NCBI RefSeq assembly: GCF_006345805.1
Contig: NC_043006.1
Span: 9,672,001-9,736,000, forward strand
Length of the DNA: 64,000 nucleotides
DNA from: Octopus sinensis
Lineage: Eukaryota
Reading direction: 5' to 3'
Shown: one piece after another, positions 40,871 to 53,247 of the stretch
Numbering within the stretch: the first letter of the stretch is position 1
How the letters are laid out: each line of letters begins with the position of its first letter
The notes under the pieces: model-generated
The model's input: only the letters and a program-made list of their open reading frames with translations
Database searches by the model: none
Told to the model about the DNA's origin: nothing
Program-made: the position numbers and the translations under genes

Positions 40871-42008
40871 GTAACTTAATCTTCGAGGCGGCAGAAGACT
40901 TCACAAGTACTAGGCATATGAGCATCTACTTGCAGGTTGATGGGATGTGGACGGGCAGAATTAGGCTGGCCGGGCCAGTATCCGCACGGGGGAAGTAGAA
41001 GTGCGACTTTTCTTTTTAGTGTGCTATTGGGATCTTCTCCCGAATGCCGCTAATCTTGAGAGCCTGGCTACAATATAAGGTTTGATTATTAAAGATGTCC
41101 TTTTTAAGTGATTGTTTAGATATCATGAAAGTAACACCAGTGACAATTCTACAAAGGATGAATGCAGGTAGAATTAGACGTTGATATAGTGTAGCGACTT
41201 ATTCGATTTATGATAAGCGTAATATAGTTTCGCATCTAACTCAAGAGTGACATGTAGGAAGACATCTACTTTATGTTACTTTTAAATGAGATAGAAAGTT
41301 TATAGCTTTTAAGAAACCTTTGGAGCGCTCTCAGTATACGATCAAATGATGGTTGAATCAAACTTGTGGCTGTAAGGAGTGCGTCATCTTAGTACATGTC
41401 TCTAAATTTGTTGGTGAAACATTGGTTACTCTGAGAAAGAAGTAAGAGACCAAACGCTTGGTAACTTGAGCAGAGTCAGATGAGCTCATGATTATATCAA
41501 ATAGATTCACAGACGGATCGCAGCATACCAGTAATTGCTATTGAAATATATAAAAGTTTTCCTAGCTTCTAGGATGATGTCGATATCAGCGCCGGAAATG
41601 GAGATATATGGTTATATTCATTTATAAATCTTTGCATTTATATCTTTCTATGAATAAGAAAACTTACACAAAGACAGTCAAGAACTGTTATTTCTATTTT
41701 AACAATGGGATGAATGTGGACTTCCATTTTTCGGAAATGATGCGTTGGGTTCGATCAAATGAAGTAACCAGCGCAAGTGGTTGAATATTCTGCAGATAGG
41801 TATATCACCGTAACTTCATGAGTGACCAAACCGTGCGTGTGACACGCCAAATCAGTCCACCAGACTGACTTTAATACTGCTTCCGTCAAATAGATGTCAC
41901 TCACAAGCCAGTAGTCGATCCAAAACTATTGGAAACAGCGTGTACCCAGAATGTGAGGCAACATGATCCAAACATAGGCTTCAAGTCTGAGAATGCATAT
42001 ACGTGAGC

Positions 42009-42241
42009 AAGGCGGTGACCTGGCAGAAACGTTAGCGCGCCGGGAGAAATGCTTAGCGGTATTTTGTCTGCCGTTCCGGACTCAGTTCAAATTCCGCCTA
42101 GTTCGACTTTGCCTTTCATCCTTTCGGGGTCAATAAATAAAGTACAAGTTAAGCACTGGGGTCAATGTAATCGACTTAATCCCTTCGTTTATCTTTGTTT
42201 GTCTTCTCTATGTTTAGCCCCTTGTGGGCAGTAAAGAAATA
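42009..42241 (+). mobile_element. SINE family B
   Basis: Full-length homologue. Confidence 0.9.
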
Positions 42242-43040
42242 TATACGTGAGCATATATGCATGTAATATATTTCCGAATAAAATTTGCTATGTCGTGAAA
42301 TTGCATATTTTTGTTGTAGGATGAAGAACATTTTAGACATGATACCATACCGATTTCTGTTATCCTGCATTGGTCAAGGACATGTTTCATTGTTAACCGA
42401 TACTGTCTTAAATGATGTTTTCCGGTTATGTGGTGTGTGTAATTTATTCTGAAAAGCCGAATTCGTAAATGTGAACAATAAAATTCCCGTTATGTGGTTC
42501 AATCGATTATGTCTTAGTAGGAACATCCGAACTATTAACGGAACTACGAAATGATAAAATGAAAAAGCTAAGAGCGAATTAGATATAAAGTTATCGGATA
42601 ATCTATTAAAAATGGCAACCAAATCTACCACGCTTGCTTAAAATTGTAACGCGATATTGTAGATTGTAGGATATTACCGAATGTATCTACTATTTTTGAT
42701 GAGGTGCTCATTGAGGTCTTACATGGTACAAGCAAACTCAAAAAATTCGTATATTGTGTTTAATCATTTTCCTTAAAAATTTGAATACAAGATTAAATTT
42801 TATCAAGAACTCTCAATATTTTCGATGTTCATGTATCGTAATCAATGGAAGAGTATTTTTCTATCATGCTCTAAAGCAAGTAAATAAACAACTTTAGTTT
42901 TGCGGTTGCTTATGTTAAGTTTGAAATGCAAATCCAGTAACACAACGGCTATTAATCCCTCCACACATTTCGTATTTCTACTGGGAAATTGGTTTCTTCT
43001 CCAACACGCTACTTTGGGAATTGCAATACAGCATCCAGAA

Positions 43041-43202
43041 TACTCTTTTACTCTTTTACTTGTTTCAGTCATTTTGACTGCAGCCTTGCTGGAGCGCCGC
43101 CTTTAGTAGAGCAAATCGACCCCAGGACTTATTCTTTGTCAGCCTAATACTTATTCTATCGGTCTCTTTTGCCGAACCGCTAATGTTACATAAACATACA
43201 CA

Positions 43203-43272
<70 letters not shown>

Positions 43273-43423
43273 TATATACGACGAGCTTCTTTAAGTTTCC
43301 GTCTACCAAATCTACCCACAAGGCTATAGTAGAGGACACTTGTCCAAGATGCCACGCAGTGGAACTGAACCCGGAACCATATGGTTGGAAAGCAGGTTAC
43401 TTACCACACAGCCACTCCTGCAC
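43041..43423 (-). mobile_element. SINE family A with internal deletions
   Basis: Both termini match. The segment around the internal microsatellite is shortened. Confidence 0.88.
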
Positions 43424-44191
43424 TTATATGTGCAGAAATTCTTATAGACGGTGAGTGTCGTTTAACAAAGAGAAATTATTGTCTTGTATCTACGCAAGAG
43501 TGCGCTCTGTACGCCTTTACTGGGAATAATAAGACCAAGGTGCGCAAATACAATAAAAATGATAAAACAAAGAATACATTTTTCTACCTTCAAAATGAAA
43601 CCCGAAATAGTCTTACGCACTGTCAGGCATAACGAGATACAGATCTTAACCATCACACGTTGTAGCCACTACATGAGTTCGCAACTACTTTTACTTATGG
43701 ACTTCTTTGAATAATATTTCATTCTTGTAGATTCCCATACATACTCAATGTTTAAAAACTAGTTTTATAGATGCTTCAATAAAAATTCCTATTTTGTTTT
43801 TCACTCATTAACTTGTAAGCTTAAGGGATGTAAGATGTTACAGAAAGAATCTTAGCTGTTTCTTGCAATACATACTAATAAATACATCTAAAGTAAAATT
43901 CATCAGCCCTTATAAAACTATTCTGGATGTCCGCCTTATTATTTTTTTATGCATTGACGCCTCAAAATCTAATCTAGATCCACAGGAGCCGTATGAGCCC
44001 TGGTTCAAAACAATTGTAACACAGTTGACACATCAGATGCATGTGCCTGATAAATAATCGCTTGTCACCATCTCTGATTCATTGAAGTAGGCCTACTCAG
44101 TTAGGCAGATAAGTATCTTTATTTGAGCAAGCTTTTTGAAAAATGTCGTAACTTCCTGAAGTGAGCATCAGTTGCAAATCGAACTGGAATG

Positions 44192-44395
44192 TATTCTTTT
44201 ATTCGTTTCAGTCATTTGACTGTGACCATGCTGGAGCACCGCCTTTAGTCGAACAAATCGACCCCAGGACTTATTCTTTGTAACCCTAGTACTTATTCTA
44301 TCTGTCTCTTTTGCCGAACAGTGGGTTACGGGGTCATAAACACACCAGCATTGGTTGTCAATCGATGTTGGGGAATAATCAAACACAAGCACAGA
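44192..44395 (-). mobile_element. SINE family A, 3' half
   Basis: tttcagtcatttgactg...ggagcaccgcc...cacaccagca. Confidence 0.85.
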
Positions 44396-44396
44396 A

Positions 44397-44456
<60 letters not shown>

Positions 44457-44550
44457 GTTAATCCAAACAAGAAAACAAAAAGACAACAACGCAAGGATGT
44501 GGAACAAATAAAGTATTGTTGGACGCTCAGGAAAGAAGGGAAGAAGGAGG

Positions 44551-44585
44551 GTTTGATGTTTCGAGCGGAGCTCTTCGTCGGAAAC
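44551..44585 (-). ncRNA. Minimal type-I hammerhead-like motif, U4C variant (family 4)
   Basis: Minus strand: gttt-CCGACGA-a[gagc tcc gctc]-GAA-AC a T-C-aaac. Lies in a ~190-bp unit (44457-44645) between two (TA)n tracts. Helix III has one mismatch relative to ACGT. Confidence 0.55.
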
Positions 44586-44680
44586 ATAGGAGAAGGAAAG
44601 ATCCCGAAACGGGAGGACAGAGGAAAAAAATCGCCGGTGGTATTCATATATATATATATATATATATATATGAAAGATGG

Positions 44681-44712
<32 letters not shown>

Positions 44713-44960
44713 CTAGCAGTATTTCCCGGCTCGTGCGCCTGTGCGTTCTATGCTCCCGCGAATTAAGCTACACTTGGATGAAGTTGAATCAAAGTTGGCG
44801 TCGCATAGCAACATGGTACAATTTCTCTTTTTTATATCAAATGGTTCTTCTTTATTTAACATTATTGCAAAATGCTTTAAGTACACTATACATTTCACAT
44901 GATACCGGGAGAAATTTGTCCCATAATTTCCAAACCAAACAAAACATATGAATATATTTA
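44713..44960 (-). mobile_element. Helitron-like remnant, divergent subfamily
   Basis: Minus-strand end ...gccgggaaatactgCTAG|T shares the terminal ATACTGCTAG with the other Helitrons. 5' end unclear. Confidence 0.5.
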
Positions 44961-45794
44961 ACAAAACAACCCCAAAATCAAATGAATAGTAGTGTCGAAA
45001 AACATGATTTAAAAGACTACCCTAGCTAGCGCTATTGAATTAAATATAGACTGGCTCATTCATCGCTAATGCATATCTAAATATTCCGGTATTTGATTGT
45101 TCAGTTTTTGTATTACATTTATGTCTACGTTTTATTTATTTCTGTAATCTCTTAACAGTTCTAGAACATTCAATTTTCGATCACTAAACACTCCTGAATC
45201 TGACATTTCGACTATGGGCAATGCATCTCAAACCCTCATACAAACCGCCTAATTACACAGAACTTCGATCTCTCTACAAACGCAGCACACGCACTTCCAT
45301 ATTTAAACACATTGGACGACGTATAACTACCGCTATTCTCCCTCCCTAGTACGTACATTCATACATATACACACCTTTCTTTTCTCTCAGAAACACTCCC
45401 TTACCTTCGTTCGCTTCAACTTTGTATGTATATTACACTGTCTACAGCCCTTTACATCACCGTTCATATTTATGACCTTTACTACTTGAGCTCTTGTCTA
45501 ACATTGGCTCGTAAACAGCTATATATAGTTGTGGCGTGTAGAGAAATACATTTTAATGTGAGTTGCAATTTTCAATTCAGTTAATATCTTTTACCAAACT
45601 CACCACAGATCTTAAATTCTCAGAAACCATATTCATTCCAAAATGAACATACTTATGTATACAAATATATAAATAGATTTCTATACAAATACGTACATGC
45701 AACCAATAATGGCTATTAATGAAAGAAGATTCTTACGTTCGTAAAGATATTTGTATGTAAATCAAAATACACCCACACACACACATAGATAAAT

Positions 45795-46008
45795 ATATAT
45801 ACCAGAATGAGCACATTAATTCTAAGCAAGTTGGTAAATAGAGCACTCAAATAGAGTAATATACATTATTAAAAATCATCAGAAATATCACAGAATCTGT
45901 TACTCAGAGTTTCACGTTACAGTTCATCGGACAGTTTTGTTTAGACGAAAGGAACATGAAACTCTAAGTAATAGTTTTTGTGATATATTTCCTGTTTTTT
46001 TAATAAAG
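45795..46008. mobile_element. Older foldback element (hammerhead family 2)
   Basis: Shares tgttactc.gagtttc...gttcatcggacagttttg with 24900. Degenerate right arm ends in (TA)n. Confidence 0.72.
45897..45934 (-). ncRNA. Minimal type-I hammerhead-like motif, U4C variant
   Basis: Minus strand: ctgt-CCGATGA-[ac tgtaac gt]-GAA-ACTC t GAGT-A-acag. Confidence 0.5.
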
Positions 46009-47054
46009 GATATATATATATATATATATAATATATATATATATTGAGCAGAAAATAGAGAAATCTTGATTAGCAAAATTTGACTTCCATCGATTATTAT
46101 TTACGGCCGTTTCTGATTCCAGCGTCCTACAATTTTGACAATTAAAATTCTAAGAATAATATTCGTTATATTTTGTAACATATCAGATCTGGAACATGGA
46201 GCTTCATCTGAGTGAAGAAAAATACATAAAATAAAAGAAAAGACAAGAGGAAGAGCTTCGAGAAGAGGAATGAAGGCTTAATATATTTAAATTATACCAT
46301 TTTGTAGTGTAACGCTTCGGAACATTGAGTAAATGACTAAACTAGAAATGTGAAGTGGTCCGTTAATCTTTCTTTAGGGGTAAGAGTATGTATAACCTAC
46401 AAGAAAGAGTAAAATATATACTTTACCATAACGGGAAACGCCAATAGTTCTAGAAAAAGTGGGACTGATGGTGCCATAACATTTAGAAATAATCATGACA
46501 CTTCTTGATTTTATGTTAATACTACTAATTAATATTTATCCAAATAAAATACCCACGAATTAATTACATTTATTTACTTACCGATATATTGTAAAAACCA
46601 ACTACCTACCGTCCGTAATGTGACAGAGCAAAAAACAAAGGGGAAACTATTAGGACCGTTATACGGGTAGATATAAATAAATAGTATTCGGAAATTATTA
46701 ATTGAGAAGTAATAAAAATAGGTTATAGTCTCACGCATAACTTATCGAGCATAATTTCCTCCCCAAATAATAAAAAGCTACAGTTCCCTATTTAGATAGA
46801 ATAACAATAACAACAATAATTATAGTAGTAAGAGTAAAAATAATAACCCCCCATAGCCACCCAATACTTAGTAACGATAACACTCAGAACCAAAATAACG
46901 GATTCAAACTTAATACATCTAACACCAACCCACCAGTAAGTAATTCTCCCCCATAGCAAACCCATGGAATTGCAGAAGTAAAAATAATTGCGCTTTTGGG
47001 AATACTTGTATAAGAAAAGATGTAATTTACCAGTCACAACATAGTTTAGTAATA

Positions 47055-47280
47055 TATATATGTAAGGGCTACCGAAAATGAAATGAAACAAAGACTAGCC
47101 GCACACCAACACTCTTTCAGAAATACAAATAAGATTATCTCGCCCGGATTAAGTAAATGTATTTGAGCGATTAAAGGTATTAGATTCGTTTTAGAATGGA
47201 AATTCCTCGCCTCCGCAAATCCATACAATGTAAGAAATACGACGTGTCATCTGTGCATCAATGATAATGCTTTCATACTA
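47055..47280 (+). mobile_element. Penelope-like GIY-YIG endonuclease C-terminal fragment
   Basis: YVRATENEMKQRLAAHQHSFRN...LSKCI*AIK...EWKFLASANPYNVRNTTCHLCINDNAFIL. Confidence 0.78.
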
Positions 47281-47339
47281 GCGGGTATGATATATCGACA
47301 AGAGTTGGTATATCGACAAGGTTAGTAATATTAAGAATA

Positions 47340-47592
47340 TATTGTTTTGGTGCATAATTATTGCGGCATTTTTTCAACAAACTTTTGCAACAAAAACAAA
47401 AACATGTGACAAAAGTATATTTAAATGAATATTCCGGAGCATATTAATCATCTACCTCAATTACTGCTTCCCATTAGCTTGGCAGACAATCAGACTTTCA
47501 TTTAAAGATGTTTTTGTTAAATCTTGCTATTGCTTTTTGTTGAATAAAATTTGTTGGAAAAAAGCCGCAATAATTATGCACCAACTCAATAA
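47340..47592. mobile_element. Mariner-type MITE
   Basis: ~55-bp TIRs beginning tattg..ttgg.tgcataattattgcggc at both ends. No coding capacity. Confidence 0.78.
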
Positions 47593-48103
47593 TAATAATC
47601 ATTATGCACATTAAGTATGATTGAGCAAACTGTAGTGGGACCCTGTATCTGTAATTATAATAGTAATTAGTAAATAATTTAATGTAATCATTTAATAAAT
47701 ATGAGGACTTGTACTGATATCATCTCATAGGAACACTACACTGAATGTATTTAGGAATGTTTAGGCAATTACTATTTGTCTAGTAAAACCACCGCTTTGA
47801 TACTGTGGTTGCTATTACAGAAGATTGACTTAGTATTATAATTCTCTAATTGAAGGTCAATGCCCTAGCCTTTACCTCACCTTAATGGTAGTGTCCCCTT
47901 AACCGTATCTCCACTTTTACTCTCTTATTCGTTCCTCCCCTACTTATTAAATTCCTTTCTTTATCTACTAATCTCTCACTCCTATTTCATAAAGCTTTTG
48001 TCCAATCTTCGCCACCAGTAAACGACTTAAACCGTAACGGTCCAAATAGGGTTTAACCACACTATGGCTGATGTTCTTTCCTTTGCATGGTACTTGTTTA
48101 AAT

Positions 48104-48321
48104 AAGGCGGTGAGCTGGCAGAAACTTTAGCAGCCGGGCGAAATGCTTAGCGGTATTTCGTCTGCCGTTACATTCTGAGTTCTAATTCCGCTGAGGTAGA
48201 CTTTGCCTTTGATCCTTTCGAGGTCAATAAATTAAGTACCAGTTGCGCACTGGTGTCGATATGGTCGACTTAATCTGTTTTTCCTCTCAGTATTTAGCCC
48301 CTTGGGGGTAGTAAAGAACTA
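48104..48321 (+). mobile_element. SINE family B with 15-bp TSD
   Basis: Flanked by ggtacttgtttaaat (48089-48103) and ggtacttgtttacat (48322-48336). Confidence 0.9.
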
Positions 48322-49014
48322 GGTACTTGTTTACATGTTTGGTTGTTTTAGTTATGATGTCCTAAGCGGCCTTGGGCCACTCATAACAGATATTCTCTAT
48401 ACTTTTACTTTTTATTTACATTTACCCGTATAACGGTCATAATAGCTTGCCCTTCCGCTTTATATTTAGCTGACCTATTACATTGAAAGCTTGACTTTGG
48501 TCAATCCCATTACGGACAATAAACAGTTGGCCTTTACAATATATCAGTAAGTAAATAAATGTAATTAATGGTAAGGTATTTTATTTGGATAAATATCAAT
48601 TAGTACTATTAACATAAACGTAAGAACGTTTAAAATTACTTCTACAGGTTATGGCACTATCACTCCCTCTTTTTATAGATCTACTGGCATAGCTTGTCAT
48701 GGTAAAGTACATACTTTGCTTCCTTTTATAATTTATACTCCCTGGTACCCTTAAAGATCGATTAACCCACAAATTAATATTTTTAATTCAGATATTAACT
48801 CAACATCTTGAAGTGTTACACTGTATCATGGTATAATTTAAATATATTAAGCCTTCATTCCTCTTCTCGGGGCTTTTTCCCTTGTCTTTTTTTTATGTAT
48901 TTTTTTCATTCAGATGAAGTTCCATGTTCCAGATCAGATGCGTTAATATTGACTGACTACATAGTAGCATATCCACTGCTTCGGACTCATCCCAGCTGAT
49001 ATACATCTACTTCT

Positions 49015-49405
49015 TTTTCCATGAGCACACATACAGACAAGAGGCCTCCCCATGGGATCCAGTCTCTCGGGCTTAATAGACATCACCTATATGAACCATC
49101 TGGAACGTCGAGCACTCAACACCTGCCGCTCAGGCGCCTTCTTTACCAGGTACGTAGATGACATCATCATAATCACATCCTCCATGAAGAGGCAGGGAGA
49201 ATATTTACGACGTCCAACAACATGGACATGAACATACGGTTCATTATAGAACATCCTGACAACACTGGATCCCTATTGCTACTCGACTTCCGACTGAACG
49301 TAATGGAAGAGGAGAGATCCACATCGAGTTCTACAGCAAAGCAGCCAGAAGAGATATGTTTGTTCCGTACATTTCGGCCCTTCCACAAAGTGCCAAAATA
49401 TTGTT
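49015..49405 (+). mobile_element. Penelope-like RT fragment (second PLE lineage)
   Basis: RGLPMGSSLSG...MNHLERRAL...FTRYVDDIII...IRFIIEHPDNTGSLLLLDFRL...FYSKAARRDMFVPYISALP. Confidence 0.85.
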
Positions 49406-49604
49406 TTCATTATTCAATGGCTTAATTATTATTGTTTTCATAAAGCAATGGCTGGTTTATATGCAAAATTCTAATTTTTTAAATCCACAACAGTTTAATT
49501 TCTAAAAGTTAATACAAGTCGATATTCAGTATTATTATTTGGTAACTGTCAATCTGTTACTAATTCTATAACCTGCATTGCCGTGGGGTCAAAAATTCAT
49601 TTAT

Positions 49605-49639
<35 letters not shown>

Positions 49640-50440
49640 TACACATTCACATACACACACTCACTTATACACACATGCACACACAAACATACACACATAT
49701 AAGCATTTGTATATGTAGACGTATATATATATATGCGTGTATGTTTGTGTGCATGAGAGTGCGTGTATGCGTCTGTGTTTTTATGTGTGTTTGTGTGAGG
49801 TAAAAATGATACAGTGGTATATTCGATATTATGAATTCCACCCAATGTAGCTAAAGTGAAAGATGCTTCGTCTATCGAGTACTTATCGAACGAGCATCAA
49901 ATGTAATTCAGACAACTCTGGTAGTTAAAATCCTGAGAAATTAAATTCTTTCTCTAGTAGCTCTAAGTACCTTGCTATGAGGCTTATCTCTCCAAGAGTA
50001 CTATCACAGTATATCATCGTAGAAAGCACGTATGTGAATGCTAATACCTTTATAAGATCAAATATTTGAGAATTATATTATGTAACAGCATCCATGAAAC
50101 TTTATATATATATCCATCTATGTGTCCTATCATTTTTCGTCTCCCTTTCCGTCTTTCTCTTTTTCACTTTCTCTGTCACTCAGTTTCCCATCCTTCATAA
50201 ATAAATGTGTCGGCGCGTGTGTACGCTCTCGTGTAGGCGCGTGTGGAGCTATCTATATGTGACGGAGTGTATAATCGATTATGCTCTTCCATGCATGCTC
50301 ACATACGTATATCATTGTAAGATTTACCGGTTTCCTAAGTTATTAGCATACATATTCACTAAAGACGGACACTTGCGCTCGCTTCACATACCCACATACC
50401 CACAAAAATAATATATACGTAAATAACTAAATATGTATTT

Positions 50441-50740
<300 letters not shown>

Positions 50741-51916
50741 GCATCTGTGTATGTGTTCATGTATTGGTTTTATATTCATTGGTTGTTAAATTGCCAATAT
50801 TCACAATTCCCATTAGTAATTATTCCTTCTGTGTTCCCTTAGTGCTTATAATATATGCATTTAATATCTTGCCTACCGAAGAATCTCTGTGGTAAAACAC
50901 ACATATATGCAGCTATATAAATGGCTAATGTAATGTCATTACTTGTCTAATTAAGAATATTTTACGGTGCATAATTAATGAATGATAATTTCATTGATGG
51001 CAATATAGAATCATCGTTTACAAGACCAAAATAAGCACTAAAGTTCATTTGGGCTTTTTACTCTATTCTGTGCTTAATTAAGAAAATTGTGTAGAATCTC
51101 ATGACAATGGCTATTTTGAATACTTTATAAATATATATGAATCTTGCTCTGTAAGCGAAACAATAGTGTGGCATCCTGCATATGTGTAGCTCGCAGGTTC
51201 GCGTATATGGTGTATGAGAAATGGTAATATTCGTTATATATCGTTTTTTTTTTGTCTCTTTGTATGAATATCTAAAACATTGCGGCGTATAAACAGAATT
51301 AGTTCTGACTGAAGTATATTGTAAGACAAATATAATATTTCTTTATGTTTGGACATTCGAAACATATTGTTTTCTTTTTACGTCTTTTCTTCTGATTTCG
51401 GTGTTGCAAAAAGATCAGCGAATTATCAGTGAATTAGATCTTTCTGTGAACAAAGGTTTTTATCAGATGAGCTTTCTGGGGTTAATGCATAGGTAGTTAC
51501 AAAAAGTTTACCTAAACTAAAATTTGATCCACTCGTGACTCACCATGGAAAAAGTTTATTATTCTTTGGTCCTCGGCAGTAAAATCGTCTTCATCGTGTC
51601 TTGCAGGTAACATTCCTCTCGGAAATTCTTGCTTAGCGCTTCATTACTGTCTTATGGCTTGATTTCATAGCTTCCGGTCCATTAACAATGAGTGTTATCT
51701 GATTGATTTCTCTTTTACAATGTAGTTTCTACTGCGTAATTCACTCTGACTTCTTTCTCTATGTCATATTTTATGTTTCGTTTAATAGCACTCACTTAAC
51801 ATAGATGATACTACCTTCAATTGTTACAAACTTTTCACAAATATGCAGTTTCCACTTGCAACCTAGGCTCTAAAACCACTCAGCTCTGTTTCAATTCACT
51901 GAAGTCTTGGAAGGAA

Positions 51917-51985
<69 letters not shown>

Positions 51986-52025
51986 TAGCCAATCTCGTAT
52001 CTTTTGCAAGTAAGAACACTCAAAA

Positions 52026-52422
52026 TCTTTATATATAAAAGTAAGGTTGTGTGTCTGTCTCCTACGATTTAGATTCCTAACTACTCCCACATTTTGCGGT
52101 GCAGTTTAACCAAAACCGGGTATCTTATAGTCCTGATTCATCTCGAGCCCTTCTGGGTATTAGCGCGCGTTAAAAGGGAAAGAAGATGGTAAAAAAGTTT
52201 ACCATCATTGTTTTCCATTTTAATGCATTTTTTTCGCTATCATATAAGGGAAGTAACTCTCTCAAAAATGTCTACGACGAGTCAACGATTTAAAAAAAAA
52301 TACAATCACTTTTTTTTCCATTTTTAATGCATTTTTTTGCTGTTTTTTGGCTATAACTCTCTAAAAATGCTTATATAGTTATTTCCCTTACAAACACTAG
52401 CAGCACCGGGCGATACTGCTAG
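52026..52422 (+). mobile_element. Non-autonomous Helitron
   Basis: A|TCtttatatataaaag...ccggg-cgatactg-CTAG|T. No TSD. Confidence 0.9.
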
Positions 52423-53033
52423 TCTTTGTATAAAATAAAATCCGACAGCGTATCGTTTTATTATAGGTTTTTGTAGTCATTTTCTTACGTCTGTCATTTA
52501 ATTTGATAATCGGGTCATTCCAAGTCGTGAAAAACTTAGCGCTATAAAGTAAGCCATTCAAATTTGTTTTACGATCATTCATTTTCACACCTCGTTCAAA
52601 GAATTTAACGTTTACATCATTCAAATTAAAATACCCGTCGAGAGTATTTAAATTAGTCGGAATGCGGAGAAGCGTCTTTTAGAGCGTTCATATTCGCACA
52701 TGAGCATTCGAGTTCGGAATAAGTCTATACAATTTAGCACTGATTTTACATATGTGTTTTTATTCACATTCTAAGAAGTGAATGTTAAAAATCACAAATT
52801 TAAATGACATGTTTTGTCACTTCATGGTATCGGAAGAAAAACGTCACTTTATGTTATCGGGAGAAACCGGCCTGTTTCGTCACTCCATTGCGAGCGATAC
52901 CGTTACATTAATTCGATAGTTGGTTATAAATCTATTCATGTCAGTATCATGTTGTCTTTTTATTCTTCATGCAATGAATCCTAAGGGGAATGGTATCATT
53001 TGATGTTGGAGCTTATCCTCTGTATGAATACCT

Positions 53034-53247
53034 ATTTCTTTACTTACCCACAAGGGACTAAACACAGAGAGGACAGACTACCGGATTAAGTCAATTATAT
53101 CGACCCCAGTGCGTAAGTGCTACTTATTTAATCGACACCGAAAGGATGAAAAGCAAAGTCGACCTCGGCGGAATTTGAACTCAGAACGTAGCGGCAGACG
53201 AAATACCGCTAAGCATTTCGCCCGGCGTGCTAACGATTCTGCCAGCT
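53034..53247 (-). mobile_element. SINE family B with perfect 18-bp TSD
   Basis: tcctctgtatgaatacct at 53016-53033 and 53247-53264. Head slightly 5'-truncated. Confidence 0.93.
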
